NCBI GenBank assembly: GCA_030390025.1 | Contig: CM059433.1 | Coordinates: forward strand, 29,142,001 to 29,206,000 | Direction: 5' to 3' | Origin: Squalus acanthias | Taxonomy: Eukaryota | Length of the DNA stretch: 64,000 bases | Shown here: positions 12,111 through 25,777 of the stretch, piece after piece | How positions within the stretch are numbered: the stretch's first letter is position 1 | Layout: each line of letters opens with the position of its first letter | Translations under genes and position numbers: made by a program | The notes under the pieces: generated by a model | Database searches by the model: none | Seen by the model: the letters and a program-made list of their open reading frames with translations, nothing else | What the model was told of the DNA's origin: nothing

Positions 12111-13114
12111 TTATTTTCATTTTCCATTCAGTAAAACCTTCATCAAAACCCTTTAAACAAAAATTCTCCTCACTATGTTTTCTGTATCTCAGAATGCATT
12201 TTTATGGCATCAAAACAAGTCACATTCAAAACTGCAAAGCTTCCATGGTTACATATTTTTAAACATGCTGTGCCTAACGTGCATAAATGATAGCTTCCAA
12301 CTTTAATTTTCATAGATAAAGAGGGACATAAAGAAAAGATATGACATAAGTTCGGCATTTGCCTTGAAACCAGATTGTTTACACTGATTTTCGTTTGTTT
12401 ACGCTAGTTTTCTTTCTTTCTTTCTTTCTTTCAACTCAAACATATTTGGCATCACCACGGATCCTTTCCTCATCCAACCTCTATATACATTCCGTTTGCA
12501 GGAGGAATCGACACCCCACCCCCTGCTCTAGCCATGTGTCACTGAAGCACCCCTGCTGCCCATCCAGCTGAGATCAGTTAATGTGGTACAGACTGGAACC
12601 ATTGTGATCTGGATAGCTCAGTTCCAAGTTGCGTAGTGCCCTGGACAACTAAACCATTAGCTATTTATTTTAGTCTTCATTTTAAGTCCTTTGACAACCT
12701 CAGAAGATTTCACCAGTCCCAAATGCAAAGGAAGAGTTAACATAGAAATTGTAGCATTGAGTAATTCTCAATGGGCGCTGCTGAAAGCGCATAACAATTC
12801 ACTGAATTTACTTAAATTATTTAAGTACCAGCAAAAAGCTAAATTGAAATCTGTTTGTTGATGCTGGAAGGCACTGGACATGTAGCTTGAGGCTCTATCT
12901 GTATTTATCTTTCATCCATTACCAGAAGATGGTGGAGCTTATGATTTGCCAGCTGTTTCCTACAAAAAATATCAAGTTAACACAAGGTTTGCCTGCACAT
13001 ATCCAATCTCTCTGGGTTATAAAGTGCTAAACGCTTACTTCTGATTGACTTTCCTGTTTGTTATTTGCATGGCTCCATTTTGGAACTGACTGTAGATTAC
13101 TGACAAATTTTACA

Positions 13115-13333
13115 AAGTATTACGAAGTAATTACAGCACAGAAACAGGCCATTTGGCCCAACAGGTCTATGCCAGTGTTAATGCTCCAAATGAGCCTCCA
13201 CCCACCCCTCTTCATCTCACCCTATCAGCATATCCTTCTATTCCTTTGTCCCTCATGTACTTATCCAGCTTCCCCTTAAATGCATCGATGCTATTCACGT
13301 CAACTACTCCTTGTGGTAGCGAGTTCCACATTC
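13115..13333 (-). mobile_element. CR1 3' end, continued at 15299-15335 beyond a younger CR1 insertion
   Basis: GAGTTCCACATTC (13321) joins TAACCACTCTCTGGGTAAAGAAG (15299), as in uninterrupted copies such as 28911-28950. Confidence 0.75.
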
Positions 13334-15298
13334 CGATTTTGCGGGGCTGAGAATAGAACTTGGGAAAATAAAATGGACAACAATATTGGCAAACAATGAT
13401 GTAGAACAGTAGTGGGAAATATTTAAAACGGTGTTCAACAGAGGACAGGAAAAATATATTCCACTAAAAAGCAAGAACAAGCTAAACACTAATAAGACAC
13501 CACGGATGAATAAAGCCATAAGGGAAAAATTGAGGGTAAGGAAAGAGGCATACACTAAGTGCATAGACAGCAGGGGAGAGCATGACAAGAGAGAATACAA
13601 AGAGATTAGGAGAGAAGTCAAAAAAAATTAGAAAGGCAAAAAGGAACAATAAAATTAAATTATCAAGGAACATAAAACAAAATAGTAAAATATTTTACAG
13701 GCACATAAATAAAAAAAGGCAAGTCGGGATGGGAATAGGGCCACTAAGGGATGGACAGGATAATATCACAGGCAGCGATAAAGAGATGGCAGAAATATTA
13801 AATAATTACTTTGCTTCAGTATTTACCAGAAAGACAGAACAGGTGGGCATGACATCGGAAGATGAGATTAGAAATGAGATAACTGCATTTAAAATAAAAA
13901 GAGGAGAAATATTAAATAAACTAATCAAATTCAAAGAGGATAAAACCCTTGGTCTGGATGGATTATATCTGTGCATTTTAAAAGAATCTAGGGAAGAAAT
14001 AGCAGAGGCATTACTACACATATTTAATAATTCGTTAGAACAAGGTGTAGTGCCAGAGGACTGGCGGATAGTTAACGTAATACCGATATTTAAGAAGGGA
14101 GATAGAACATGTCCAGGGAACTATAGGCCAGTCAGCTTAACATCAGTGGTAGGAAAAATAATGGAATTCCTACTAAAGGAAAAAATAGAAGAACATCTAG
14201 AAACCAAAAATATAATATAATGAATAGTCAGCAGGGATTTCAAAAGGGAAAATCTTACTTGACCAACCTCATTGAATTTTTTGAAGAGGTAACAGAGAGA
14301 ATAGACATGGGTAATGCAATAGCTGTAATTTATCTAGATTTTCAAAAGGCCTTCAATAAGGTACCACATAATAGACTAATGAATAAGGTCAGAGCATGAG
14401 GAGTCAGGGGAAAATTAGCAGAATGGATAGCTAGTTGGCTTCAAGACAGAAAGCAGAGAGTCAGGGTAAAGGGTAGCTATTCAGAGTGGCAGAAGGTGGG
14501 AAGTGGTGTTCCACAAGGATCAGTGCTGGGACCGCTGTTGTTCACAATTTATATTAACGATTTAGAATTTGGAATCAAAAACAAAATTTCTAAATTTGCA
14601 GATGGCACCAAATTGGGGGGGGGGGGATAGTCAATACTGAGGAGGACTGCAACACATTACAAGAAGACATTAATAAACTTGAAGAATGGGCATATAATTG
14701 GCAAATGAAATTCAACACAGATAAATGTGAGGTATTACATTTTGGTAAGAAAAATAGGGAGGTCACATATTATTTGGAAAATATGAATCTAAGTGGGGTA
14801 GAAGAGCAAAGGGATCTTGGAGTACAAATACACAAATCACTGAAAGTAGCAACACAGGTTATAAAAAAGCAAACCAAGCACTAGGGTTTATTTCTAGAGA
14901 GATTGAATTGAAAAGTAGTGAAGTTATGCTAAACTTGTATTGAACCTTGGTTAGATCACTCTTGGAGTACTACGTACAATTCTGGTCGCCATATTATAAA
15001 AAGGATATAGAGGCACTGGAGAAGGTGCAAAAACGATTTCCAAGGATGATACCAGAAATGCGAGAGTATACCTATCAGGAAAGGATGAACAGGCTGGGTC
15101 TCTTTTCTCTTGAGAGAGTGGTGAGAATGTGGAACTCGCTACCACAGGGAGTGGTTGAAGCGAATAGTATAGATGCATTTAAGGGGAGGCAAGATAAGCA
15201 TATGAGGGAGAAGGGAATAGAGGGTTATGCTGATATGGACTGGTTGAGACGAATGGCCTGTTTCTGTGCCGTATATCCTATGTAATCCTATGTAATCC
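13334..15298 (+). mobile_element. 5'-truncated CR1 LINE (ORF2 RT region), disrupted
   Basis: ORF 13582-14220 (EMAEILNNYFASVFT, VPEDWR, GNYRPVSLTSVVGK), followed by YLDFQKAF, GVPQGSVLGP and LEYYVQFWSP. ATCCTATGTA tail repeat. Confidence 0.92.
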
Positions 15299-15974
15299 TA
15301 ACCACTCTCTGGGTAAAGAAGTTTCTCCTGAATCCTGAACATGTAGTTAACAGGCAGAAAATAGGATTATCCCCATTTTTTGTGCTGAAATGCGGGCTTC
15401 CCGACCTGGGGGACCCCGCCGGGGTGTAGGAGGTGAGTAGGAGATCTGCGGGGGTCAGAGGGGTCTGTAAGTGCGATGTAGAGGTGAGTGATGGGTGCAA
15501 GTGTGGAGTGGTAAGTATGTGAGGTGAGTGTAAAGTGTTAGAAAATGTTAACTTACCTTTGTTTCTCCCTACAGCCTTCAGCCACTGTGGAGCCGTAGTC
15601 CCCGACATCTCCATTGTAGAGATCACAGACTGGCTGTTGGATCCTCCGATACAACAGCCAGCTGATTTCTGCAAAGTAGAAAGGTTTGATGAGTCCTGAA
15701 CACAAGCACTCATCAAGCTACACAGAATGTCAGTGTTTGACAGCTTCACAGAGCTGTCAAACGATGACATTTCTTCTTTCAAGAATTCTTGACAGATGAC
15801 ACGTCATACATTGACGTGCTCTGTCACTGACTTCCCCTAATTGGCCGGCTGAGCCCGCTGGGTGGGCCTAACAAGGTCAATCAGGGGAATATCCCACTGG
15901 TTGGCCAGAAGCTGATGGAGGCGGGACTGAGACCGGGCAAGCAGCAGTCCCGCCTCCAACACATCTCCATTCAT

Positions 15975-16200
15975 AAAATCCAGCCCTTATTTTCCACGGT
16001 GCATGTAGCCTTCTTATTCTTCCTACCAAAATGTACCAGGTCGCACTTATCTATATTGAAGTTCATTTGCCACTTTTGCCAATTCTGCTTGTTTATTAAT
16101 GTCTTCCTGTATTTTGTTGCAGTCCTCCTTTGTATTAACTACACCCCCCAATTTGGTGTGGTCTGCAAATTTTGAAATTGTACTTCTGATTCCCAAGTCC
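15975..16200 (-). mobile_element. CR1 RT fragment
   Basis: The reverse strand reads SKFADHTKLGG and WQMNFNIDKC. Confidence 0.7.
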
Positions 16201-16204
16201 ATTT

Positions 16205-16395
16205 TGCATCCTTGCATTTATATAGCACCTTTCACAATCTCAGGACATCTCAAAGCGCTTTACAGTGAAATACTTTTTGAAGTGCAGTCACTGCTGTAAT
16301 GTAGGGAAACACGGCAGCCAATTTGCGCACAGCAAGGTCCCACAAACAGCAATGAGATAAATGACCAGATAATCTGTTTTTAAGTGATGTTGTAA
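16205..16395 (-). mobile_element. Deu-type SINE 3' half
   Basis: Reverse complement of 1085-1260. Confidence 0.75.
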
Positions 16396-17969
16396 GAAAG
16401 CGGGTTAAGTGGAGTTGGTTGATGATTTGGAACGGGCCTGTCGAGCCTAATAGCTTTTTCTTTTTCTTACTCTTCAAACTTCTTACATATTCTAAAAGAA
16501 ATTGCAATCAGGGGAACGCATGTCACTGTGAGGGTGTTGCAGCTATACTCTGGTCTGTACATCCTGTGAGCTTGCTTCCCCACTGGGAGTGTGTGATCAT
16601 GAATTCACTTCTTATACTTACAATGTAATTGGCACATGGCAATGCTCCAAGATTAATTGAACACCCACCATGGAATATAATTTGTACCAATAACTGAAAT
16701 TATAATTAAAAAAAACATGATTTAGTGCTGGTTCTCAATTTGATTCAGATGGAGTGATACCAAATTATCTCATGCAATGAGTTCAGAGCCTGCTGTCACC
16801 TGGATACTTAAACAGGCATTAAACTGCACTGGGTTTGGACCGTACCTGATGTAAAACTAGGGCGAGGAGCTCCAGTGATGATCACTTTTTCAACCAAACG
16901 TTAATGATTTATGAGGTTAACTTCGTCCTTGCTGTATTTGTTGGCAGCCAATTCTATCGAGCAAAGTAGCAATGGATATCTGGAAAAAGGGGGTGAAAAG
17001 CTACTTGGGACCTGCCAAGTGTTGGGCAGCTGAGTGACCAACACTTGTTCAACGTCTACAAGAAACCCTGCTGCTCAGCGGAGCAGTGAGGCTGAATGAT
17101 TATGGGTGAATAAGATGAACAATCCAAACTGATCACTGGCTGATGTGAAATCGAACCATATGGAGTAGCAGGTGGTGGAGAGAAGTTCAGGATTTCCGTC
17201 ACACAGAACTGGCAGGTGTCCACAGCAAGGAAGAAACTGGACCAGGAAGCCTGCATCATCGAGCTAACTTGCAGAAATGGGTGGCTACGGAATGAACACC
17301 AAGAGAAATAAGTTTTGAATTGTAGGGATTACCTGAAAAGGCACTTAGGAATATGCTTCAATCTATCCAGTCCTGATAACCAGCATTAATTGGCCTTGAA
17401 ACGGAACTGCCAGCATCTGAGATTGAGCAGATACACAGCTTTATAGGGGGGCCTCCCATCACAATACAACCCTCACTCCTTACACTGTCCACATGGGCAG
17501 CTGCCTATATTGGGAAAATAGCACCAACCATTTGCCATTGCCATAGGAGACAATTACAAAGGCGGCGTTCATAACACATCAAGTGGGCCGGCTATTTTGA
17601 GCAGCTGTTTTCGGATTGTGTTCTCCTCCAGTACATTTTCAGAGACCAGACCAATGCTCAGGCTGGAGAGAAAGAGAAGGAAATGTCAAGGGCTCGATTT
17701 TGCCATTGGGGGCGGGCTGGGGCGTGTCAGGTGGTTTTCGTGTCAGGACCCCGACTCCGATGTGAAGTGGGAAAAAAGTGCGATTTTGCCCTAATTGGGC
17801 ACTTGATTTCCAGCGTGTGAAAACCCCTGGCCCAATGAGCCATTTCATACAGAAAGTCGCCTCCGATGACAACATCAATGCTGCTGGATTTAAGGCCTGC
17901 AAGCAGCCTTGCTTCTTCTGGAGACTTTAAACTTTATGCCCATTTTTGTGATCGCTTCATTCAGCAACA

Positions 17970-19884
17970 ATGTCCAGCAGTAGGCCAAAGCGTGCTCCAA
18001 GGTTCGATGAGCCCTCCCTCCAAGCTCTGGTGGAGGGAGCAAGATCAAATAATGAGGTGCCTCTTCCCTTCCTCAGGGAGGAAAAAGCCTCCACAGCAGA
18101 CTAAAGCTGTGTGGATGCAAGTGGAGCAGGAGGTCAACTCAATCTCTATGTGCCGCAGAACCTGGCTGCAATGCAGAAAGAGGTTTCATGACCTTCTCCG
18201 CACAGGAAAAGTGAGTTTGACTTTCCCATCACGCTCAATCTAATCTCCATCACCTCTCCTCACCAGCACTCTGCTTTGCCAACCTCTTCCTCTACATCCC
18301 ACTTGACACTTACATCCCTGCACCCTTACCCATTCCCTCTCTCTCTATGGTCACATTCACTTAACTATTCGACCATGCAGCCCTCACACTCCCTATCACT
18401 GTGATGCAATGACAACAACTTACAACACACAGGGAGGGCCCTTTCTCTCCTTCTAAGCATCTATGCTATGGATTCTCTACACTCACTCCTTCATTCTCAC
18501 TCAAACTCCACTTGTGTCCCTCATTACAGGAAAAGAGAGCCCACAATAAGAGGGAAAGAGCGAGGACAGGAGGAGGGACACCCTCAGTAGCCCAGCTCAC
18601 CACCTCGGAGGAGGCGGCCCTGGAAATTGCCGGTGTCGAGGACGATTCCCAAGTGGAGGGACGGACAGATGGGCGCAACACAGCAAGCTGGTGACAGAAT
18701 AGTTTGGCATCTCTGTCATTGACATTGCATGAGTGACTGATAATGATTCTAATGCTCTAACAGATTGACTTATGATCATCTGCACAATTCAATGCGCATG
18801 CAACCATTACCTCACATCTCTAACTCTTTCCTTTACTCCCCCACAGGACCATCGACAGCCCCCATCCCCACTGTCCAGGAGGAACAGCCTGAGCCTCAAG
18901 ACTCCTCAGAGGAAGCTGCAACCTCTGAGGGTGCAGCGTCAGCAGAATTCAGCGCACCCAGCACCAGCGCAGACACTCACACCTCGATGGGACCTTCACG
19001 AGATAGAGTAGTGTTGTCACCTGGCGTATCACAGCTCACAAGTGAGCATCAGTAGATGGTGGAGATAGGGACAGCAGTGGAGAGTCCTTGTTGAAGGGCG
19101 CAGGACTCTGCCAGCTCGGCTCAGCTGCATGTCGACCCTGTACCTCCGGGTCCATCCAGAAGGAGAGCGGTGCTGGAACTCCAGGAACAGGTGCCGGAGT
19201 CTCTGGCAGATTTTGTCTCCAGGGTCGCTGCGAGTGTGGAGCGAATGGAGGAGTCCATCGCGAACATGAGCAGAGCCTTTGTGGAGGCATTGGCGCATGA
19301 ACGCATCACCACGGAAAGGATGGCAACCTCCGTAGAAAGGATGGCTATGGTAGAGGAGAGGATGGCTACGGTAGAGGAGAGGATGGCTACAGCCATGGAG
19401 GAGCTAAGTCGCCAGAGTGTTGAAAACATGGTCATTGTTCAGAATAGACTGACATCTCTTGAGGAGCGATGGTCAGCTATTAAGTATAGAAACCAGACCT
19501 TCATGGAAGTCCTCTGGAGTAGGACTTCCAGTGCAGAAACAGGTCCTCATGGCCCCCCCTGAAGTGCAGCAAGGTGCTGTCAAGCCACTTGCTAGCTCTG
19601 AAGTGGGGCTGACTATTGAGAGGGATGTTGGTGGCAGACAACAAGGAAGTGGGGGCTCCTCTCCAAGCGTTCACACGACCATGCCACTGCAAAGCCCTCG
19701 GTCAGAGCCCCACCAGAGTCCTCACCCAACTGAGATGGGCGTCTCAGCCCCTGCACAGCCGTAGGAGCAACAGACTGTTGCCGAGCCCTCACAGGCTCGC
19801 AACCCCAGAGGACACCCGCCAAAGGTGTCGAGACAGGAGCAGCAAGAAAGTGAGCAAGGGGCCTCCACATCTGCTGAAGCCACA
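17970..19884 (+). pseudogene. Harbinger Myb/SANT-like (trihelix) DNA-binding protein gene, 3 exons, frameshifted
   Basis: Exon 1 17970-18210 (MSSSRPKRAPRF...RRTWLQCRKRFHDL, then GTGAGT). Exon 2 from 18530 (EKRAHNKRERARTGGG). Exon 3 from 18847, with coiled-coil ERMAT repeats. Confidence 0.8.
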
Positions 19885-20790
19885 TAGAAACATAGAAACA
19901 TAGAAGATAGGAGCTGGAGTAGGCCATTCGGCCCCTCGAGCCTGTTCCGCCATTTAATGAGATCATGGCTGATCATCCAAATTCAGTACCCTGTCCCTGC
20001 TTTCTCCCCATATCCCTTGATCCCTTTAGCCTTAAGAAATATATTTATCTCCTTCTTGAATATATTTAATGAATTGGCCTCAACTGCCTTGTGTGGTAGA
20101 GAATTCCACAGGTTCACCACTCTCTGGGTGAAGAAATTCCTCCTCATCTCAGTCCTAAATGGCTTACCCCTTATCCTTAGACTGTGACCCCTGGTTCTGG
20201 ACTCCCCCACCATCGGGAACATCCTTCCTGCATCTAGTCTGTCTAGTCCTGTTAGAATTTTATAAGTTTCAATGAGATCCCCTCTCATTCTTCTAAACTC
20301 TAGCGAATATAAGCCTAATCGACCCAATCTCTCCTTATACGTCATTCCTGCCATCCCAGGTATCAGTCTGGTGAATCTTCACTGCACTCTCTCCATGGCA
20401 AGAACATCCTTCCTCAGATAAGGCGACCAAAACTGCACACAATACTCAAGGTGTGGTCTCACCAAGGCCCTGTACAACTGCAGCAAGACATCCTTGCTCC
20501 TGTACTCGAATCCTCTCGCTATGAAGGCCAACATACCATTTGCCTTCTTAACCGCCTGCTACACCTGCATGCTTACCTTCAGCGACTGGTGCACAAGGAC
20601 ACCCAGGTCTCATTGCACTTCCCCTTTTCCCAATCTATTGCCGTTCAGATAATAATCTGTCTTCCTGTTTTTGCCACCAAAGTGGATAACCTCGCATTTA
20701 TCCACATTATACTGCATTTGCCATGCATCTGCCCAATCACCCAACCTGTCCAAATCATACTGGAGTTTCTCTGCATCCTCCTCACAGCAC
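19884..20790 (-). mobile_element. CR1 LINE 3' portion inserted in the Harbinger
   Basis: ORFs 19983-20354 and 20610-20897 (WQMQYNVDKCEVIHFG, RRMRGDLIETYKIL); (CATAGAAA)n tail at 19882-19905. Confidence 0.92.
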
Positions 20791-21103
20791 ACACGGGGAA
20801 GCACCACGTAGGAGCATGCGTAAGAGGAAGATAAAGCATAAGTAGTCACAAGGGTAGTCACTTGGGTGTTCTGTTGTATTGTTTTTTGACAAGCCATCCT
20901 TGTAATGTTATGATAAACAGATTTGATGGCAAACTGTTGAAGTTGTGGCCTGTGTCATCTCGCAAATGGGACTTCCACATTGAGGGCTTAGGGCAACTTG
21001 CAATTGTCAATATGGTGGTCAGAGTGATAGGAATCCGCAGCTTCTTGTCCATTTTCGATGCTCTGGTAAGAAGGTGCGAGGCAAAAGTGTTTGATTGTGC
21101 AGG

Positions 21104-21330
21104 CTAAGCAAATCTGGCCAACATGAGTGCGTCCCTTGCATCCCGGGCATCAATGTGGTCGTGCAATGGCGCCTTCTGGCCTGTGTAGCTTCAGGTGGGT
21201 GAGCAGCAGCTTGGCGCTCCTGTTGTTGCTGCTGCTATTGGTGCTGCTGTTGTTCATGGATCTGCTGCTGCCGTGGCTGGTCTTCGTCCGAATCTGATGT
21301 CCAGGAGGAAAGGAAATAAATGCTTCCCAT
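21104..21330 (-). pseudogene. Harbinger transposase remnant (probable start fused to the C-terminal tail)
   Basis: Ends ARDARDALMLARFA*, matching ARAVHQRLIASRF* of the intact transposase. Has a Gln-rich linker and no DDE core. Confidence 0.6.
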
Positions 21331-21934
21331 GCTTCTGGTATATGCCTCAGTTGAGGAAGCGCTCAGTCAAGGTGGGGACAGGGGTTTCCCAGGAGGTCAC
21401 ACTGGAGACGGGTGTCAGGCTCCAAACTTCCACAACAATGAGTATGCCTGCTAATAGTTCCCCAGACCTGAGACAACAAAGTTCTGCCACCTGCAAGTGA
21501 TCATTGGTGAAAACTCCTTTTTAATGGTGGAGCTGCAGCTGTTAGTAAGCAATCCACTTGTGAGACCGCCAGGATTAACTGGCATGTTCCAGAGGAGACG
21601 TGCAGGACGGGGGAAATGTGCTAAAATCAGAAAGGCTTCTCAAAATGGGATTATAGAGGCAATTAACTGGTTGTTAAGGGCCTTAAGGGCCTATCCCGCC
21701 TCTTGGAGGTGGGATGGAAACGGGGTCAGAAACCCTGATTCTGGGAAAACTGCTCAGAGGCGGGCTGGAGGCGGGATCGGAGCCGCCCGCCATTTTTTGC
21801 GATTTTCACGCCTCACACACCTCCAATCCCGCCTCCTCGGGCCTGACAAAATCGAGCCCCAATAATCTGCCCTTCACCACGTTCTCTTTTACATTGTGTG
21901 TTTCACAGAATCGGAATTCTTACAGCTCAGGAGC

Positions 21935-22342
21935 ATATTACATAGAATTTTACAGCACAGAAACAGGCCATTCAGCCCAACTGGACTGTGCCGGTGTTTA
22001 TAGTCCACACAAGGACAAATAGGGATGGGCAATAAATGCTGGCTTTGCCAGCGACGCCCACATCCCATGAATGAATTAAAAAAAACACAAACCTCTTCCC
22101 ACCCGACTTCATCTAACACTATCAGCATAACCTTCTATCCCTTTCTCCCTCATGTACTTATCTAGCTTCCCCTTAAAGGCATCTGTGTTATTTGCCTCAA
22201 CCACTCCATGTAATAGCAAGTTCCACATTCGAACCACCCTCTGGGTAAAGACATTTCTCCTGAAATCTTTATTGGATTTATTAGTGACCATCTTATATTT
22301 ATGGCCCCTAGTTTTGGTCTCCCCCACAAGGGGAAACATCTT
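21935..22342 (-). mobile_element. CR1 3' end containing a short tail fragment of the 1740-5268 LINE family (22013-22086, +)
   Basis: ORF 22109-22501 TRGHKYK...FTQRVVRMWN. The insert GGGCAATAAATGCTGGCTTTGCCAGCGACGCCCACAT-A(n) matches the reverse complement of 1740-1805. Confidence 0.8.
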
Positions 22343-22362
22343 ACAAATATTACAAAGATAAT

Positions 22363-23106
22363 GGCCCAAAAATTCGTGAGGAAGCCTTCCTGCGAGGGTA
22401 AGGCTTCCCCGCGATCTCTCACTGCGCGTTGGCTTTTTCAGTTCCAGCTCGCACGAACTTGATGTTCTGGACAGCTGCTGTGCTGGGCTTGCGTATCCCA
22501 CAGGCGCAATTAGTTCGTGCGAGCTGTGGGATCACGTGACTCAGTTAGAGCCAATGGCAGCACACCATCTTCCATTCATAACTTTCACATAAGTGCTGTG
22601 AAAGCTATGAATACTATAGCCCCCCAAAAGAACAGCTAAACCTCAATTAAATAAAAAAAAAAAACCATCACATTAATAAAATAAGTATAGTTAAATAAAT
22701 TAACCATTTTAAATAAAAAATTAAATTTTTGAAAAAATTTAAAATCTTTTAGAAAGTTATAAAAATAAACTTACCTGTCTTTAAAGTCTCTAAAAAAGAT
22801 ATACCTGTTAAAAAAAATTCAAAATAATACTTAATTCACTACTTACCTTGTTAAAAGTGGGTCTTACTCCTCCTTTTTTTATGTGTAAAATCTTCCGTAC
22901 TTACCTGCGCGTTGAAACCACTAAGTGCACTGCATGCGCGCAGCCTGTAGCGCGCACGCGGTTCACCTAGGAACCGCCCCCTTTTCCATTCACCAAGTGC
23001 CGGTTTTCAGCGCATGCGCAGTGCATGCAGAAAACCGGCAATTGGAGACAGAATACGCAAGAGTACACAGTGCGTACTCTCGCGTATCAACACAAATTTT
23101 TGGGCC
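22363..23106. mobile_element. Harbinger-type MITE
   Basis: TIRs GGCCCAAAAATTCGTG / CACAAATTTTTGGGCC, flanks AAT/ATT, AT-rich core, no ORF. Confidence 0.8.
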
Positions 23107-23734
23107 ATTACAAATATCACAAAGATATTACAAATATCTGCCATTTACAAGCACAGTTATAATTAGGTTTGAACAGTGAGGAGAGGCTGATAAGTTCTCT
23201 GATATTCTGGAAATAAAATGAAGAAGCATTTTTAATTTAAAGGAATAATTTCAGTAATATGTTGTCTCACGATTTACCGCCTACTGCGCATAGCGAGAAA
23301 ATTGTGTTCACACGAACGCGCCCGCTATAAACGGTGAGGAGCGTATTGCCCCTCTTCCTGAGATAGTCCCCTTGTTCCCATCTGTTCCTGGTAGTTGGAC
23401 CCATCCTAAGCCTTGGATTCCCATGAGGTGCTTCCAGCGAACATCGCAACCCCCCCGCCCCTCCCCACTGCTGGGAGCAACGCATCACAGGATCGCCCTT
23501 CATTGGTCAAAAGCCCTATGGTTGACACTATCCTAAGTTATGTTTTACGGTAATTCACTCTGGTGTTGTAATGTAAAATATTTTAAAGTTGCTCAAAATG
23601 TTTAAAAAGTAGTCTGGATTCTGTTGGACTTAGGTAGTGACAATTAATGGACCCAAGGCTTCATTATGCACCAAAAAATACAGATTAATTGGCCATTCAT
23701 CTCATTGCTGCTGGTGGGAGATTGATAGCACAGA

Positions 23735-24485
23735 GTAGAGATAGAGAGCTCTGATAGAAATAGGGATAGAGGGCTCTGATAGAAATAGGGATAGAGAGCT
23801 CTGATAGAAATAGGGATAGAGGGCTCTGATAGAAATAGGGATAGAGAGCTCTGATAGAAATAGGGACAGAGAGCTCTGATAGAAATAGGGATAGAGAGCT
23901 CTGATAGAAATAGGGATAGAGAGCTCTGATAGAAATAGGGATAGAGAGCTCTGATCGAAATAGGGATAGAGAGCTCTGATAGAAATAGGGATAGAGAGCT
24001 CTGATAGAAATAGGGATAGAGAGCTCTGATAGAAATAGGGATAGAGAGCTCTGATAGAAATAGGGATAGAGAGCTCTGATAGAAATAGGGATAGAGAGCT
24101 CTGATAGAAATAGGGATAGAGAGCTCTGATAGAAATAGGGATAGAGGGCTCTGATAGAAATAGGGATAGAGAGCTCTGATAGAAATAGGGATAGAGGGCT
24201 CAGATAGAAATAGGGATAGAGAGCTCAGATAGAAATAGGGATAGAGAGCTCAGATAGAAATAGGGATAGAGGGCTCTGATAAAATAGGGATAGAGGGCTC
24301 TGATAAAATAGGGATAGAGTGCTCTGATCGAAATAGGGTTGGAGGGCTGTGAAATAGAGATTATAGTTTGTAACAGAAATAGAGATGGAGAGTCCTGATA
24401 CAAATAAAGATTACAGTCTGTAACAGTAGAGATAGAGGGCTGTGATAGAAATAGGGATAACGGTCTGTAACAGAAGTAGAGATAT
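23735..24485 (+). repeat. 25-bp minisatellite (CTGATAGAAATAGGGATAGAGAGCT)n
   Basis: About 23 near-identical units at about 23750-24340, with degenerate units out to 24485. Confidence 0.95.
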
Positions 24486-24699
24486 GAATTTATTTTTTCC
24501 AAAAATTATTTTTCTGCCAATTTTCTCCCTTTCCCTTCCTTGAGGGCATTGTTGCCTTGCTGGGTTATGACTCCACAGGCATCAATTGCTCTCAGGGACC
24601 TCGCTGACTGGCCACATTTTGTGTCCATCTCTACCGTGAGTGTCAACGGACTATGTGATGACAGGAGGTGTCACAACCAAGCCTGATAAGAGTTTACAG

Positions 24700-25361
24700 C
24701 CAACGGTATGCTGGCCTTCATAGCAAAAGGGTTGGAATACAGGAACAGGGATACCTTGCTGCAGCTGTACAGGGCACTGGTGAGACCACACCTCGAGTAC
24801 TGTGTACAGTTTTGGTCGCCTCATCTGAGGAAAGATGTTCTTGCCATGGAGGGGGTGCAGCGGCGATTCACCAGGCTGATACCAGGAATGGCGGGATTGA
24901 CCTATGAGGAGAGACTATGTAGTTTAGGGATGTACACACTGGAGTTTAGAAGATTGAGAGGGGACCTCATAGAAGTGTATAAAATTCTGACAGGTCTAGA
25001 CAGACTAGATGCAGAAGGAATGTTTCCCTTGGCGGGTGAGAACAGAACTAGAGGACATAATTTAAGGATAAGGGCTAAACCATTTAGGACAGAAATGAGG
25101 GGGAATTTCTTCACTCAGAGGGTGGTGAACCTGTGGAACTCATTGCCACAGAGGGCAGTGTACGCCAGCTCATTAAATATATTTAAGAGGGAATTAGATA
25201 TATTTCTACAAGCAAAAGGGGTTAAGGGTTACGGAGAGAAGGCGGGGACGGGATACTGAATTGGAGGATCAGCCATGATCTCATTAAATGGCGGAGCAGG
25301 CTCGAAGGGCCGGATGGCCTACTCCTGCTCCTATCTTCTATGTATCTATGTATCTATGTAT
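24700..25361 (+). mobile_element. Young 5'-truncated CR1 3' end
   Basis: Uninterrupted ORF 24708-25259 (LYRALVRPHLEYCVQFWSP...FFTQRVVNLWNSLP), 3' hairpin and (TATCTATG)n tail. Confidence 0.93.
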
Positions 25362-25777
25362 CCGCACAAACGCACGTCCAAATGGATAGATGCTGGATAG
25401 TGATCCAGAATGGGAAACGGTGTGAACTTGGCCCCTCTCCCCACACCTCAAGGACACTGTTGCCGATGCCAAGTCCTCTCAGAACTTCTGGTCTGTTTGG
25501 CTCAGGAACTTCACCGTCTTAATCAGACAAACCACTGGGGAGCCTTGATAGTAATTTATAATGGAACTAGCGGGTTATCATCTGTAACCGAAATAGAAAT
25601 GATAAAACTTCCATCTCAAATGTAATTGATAATAGTCTGTGACAGAAGTAGAGTTAGTAACGATCTGTAGAGAAAAGTCTGGGTTTTATTTTATTACATG
25701 GTTCATTGTCTAGCTTCATTGCTTCTTTACTAGGGGAAGGATGTCCCTAGTCCACACAGCCCGACCATCAGATGGTA

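Larger units (their letters stand above)
17690..21859 (+). mobile_element. PIF/Harbinger deletion derivative (Myb gene retained, transposase core deleted) carrying a CR1 insertion
   Basis: TIRs GGGCTCGATTTTG / CAAAATCGAGCCC and a 3-bp TSD CAA. Contains a Myb-like gene (+) and a convergent transposase remnant (-). Confidence 0.9.

Noticed and set aside
11309..12262. 317-aa ORF as a functional GPCR gene
   Set aside because: Non-ATG start inside a transposon end; lacks TM1-2 and the end of TM7; has an internal deletion.
17050..17420. Possible Ingi/Vingi LINE C-terminal remnant (TGPG...ANLQKW)
   Set aside because: Similarity is too short and degenerate to call without a profile search.
23735..24345. 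Possible CRISPR array
   Set aside because: Units are head-to-tail with no unique spacers, there are no cas genes, and the context is eukaryotic.
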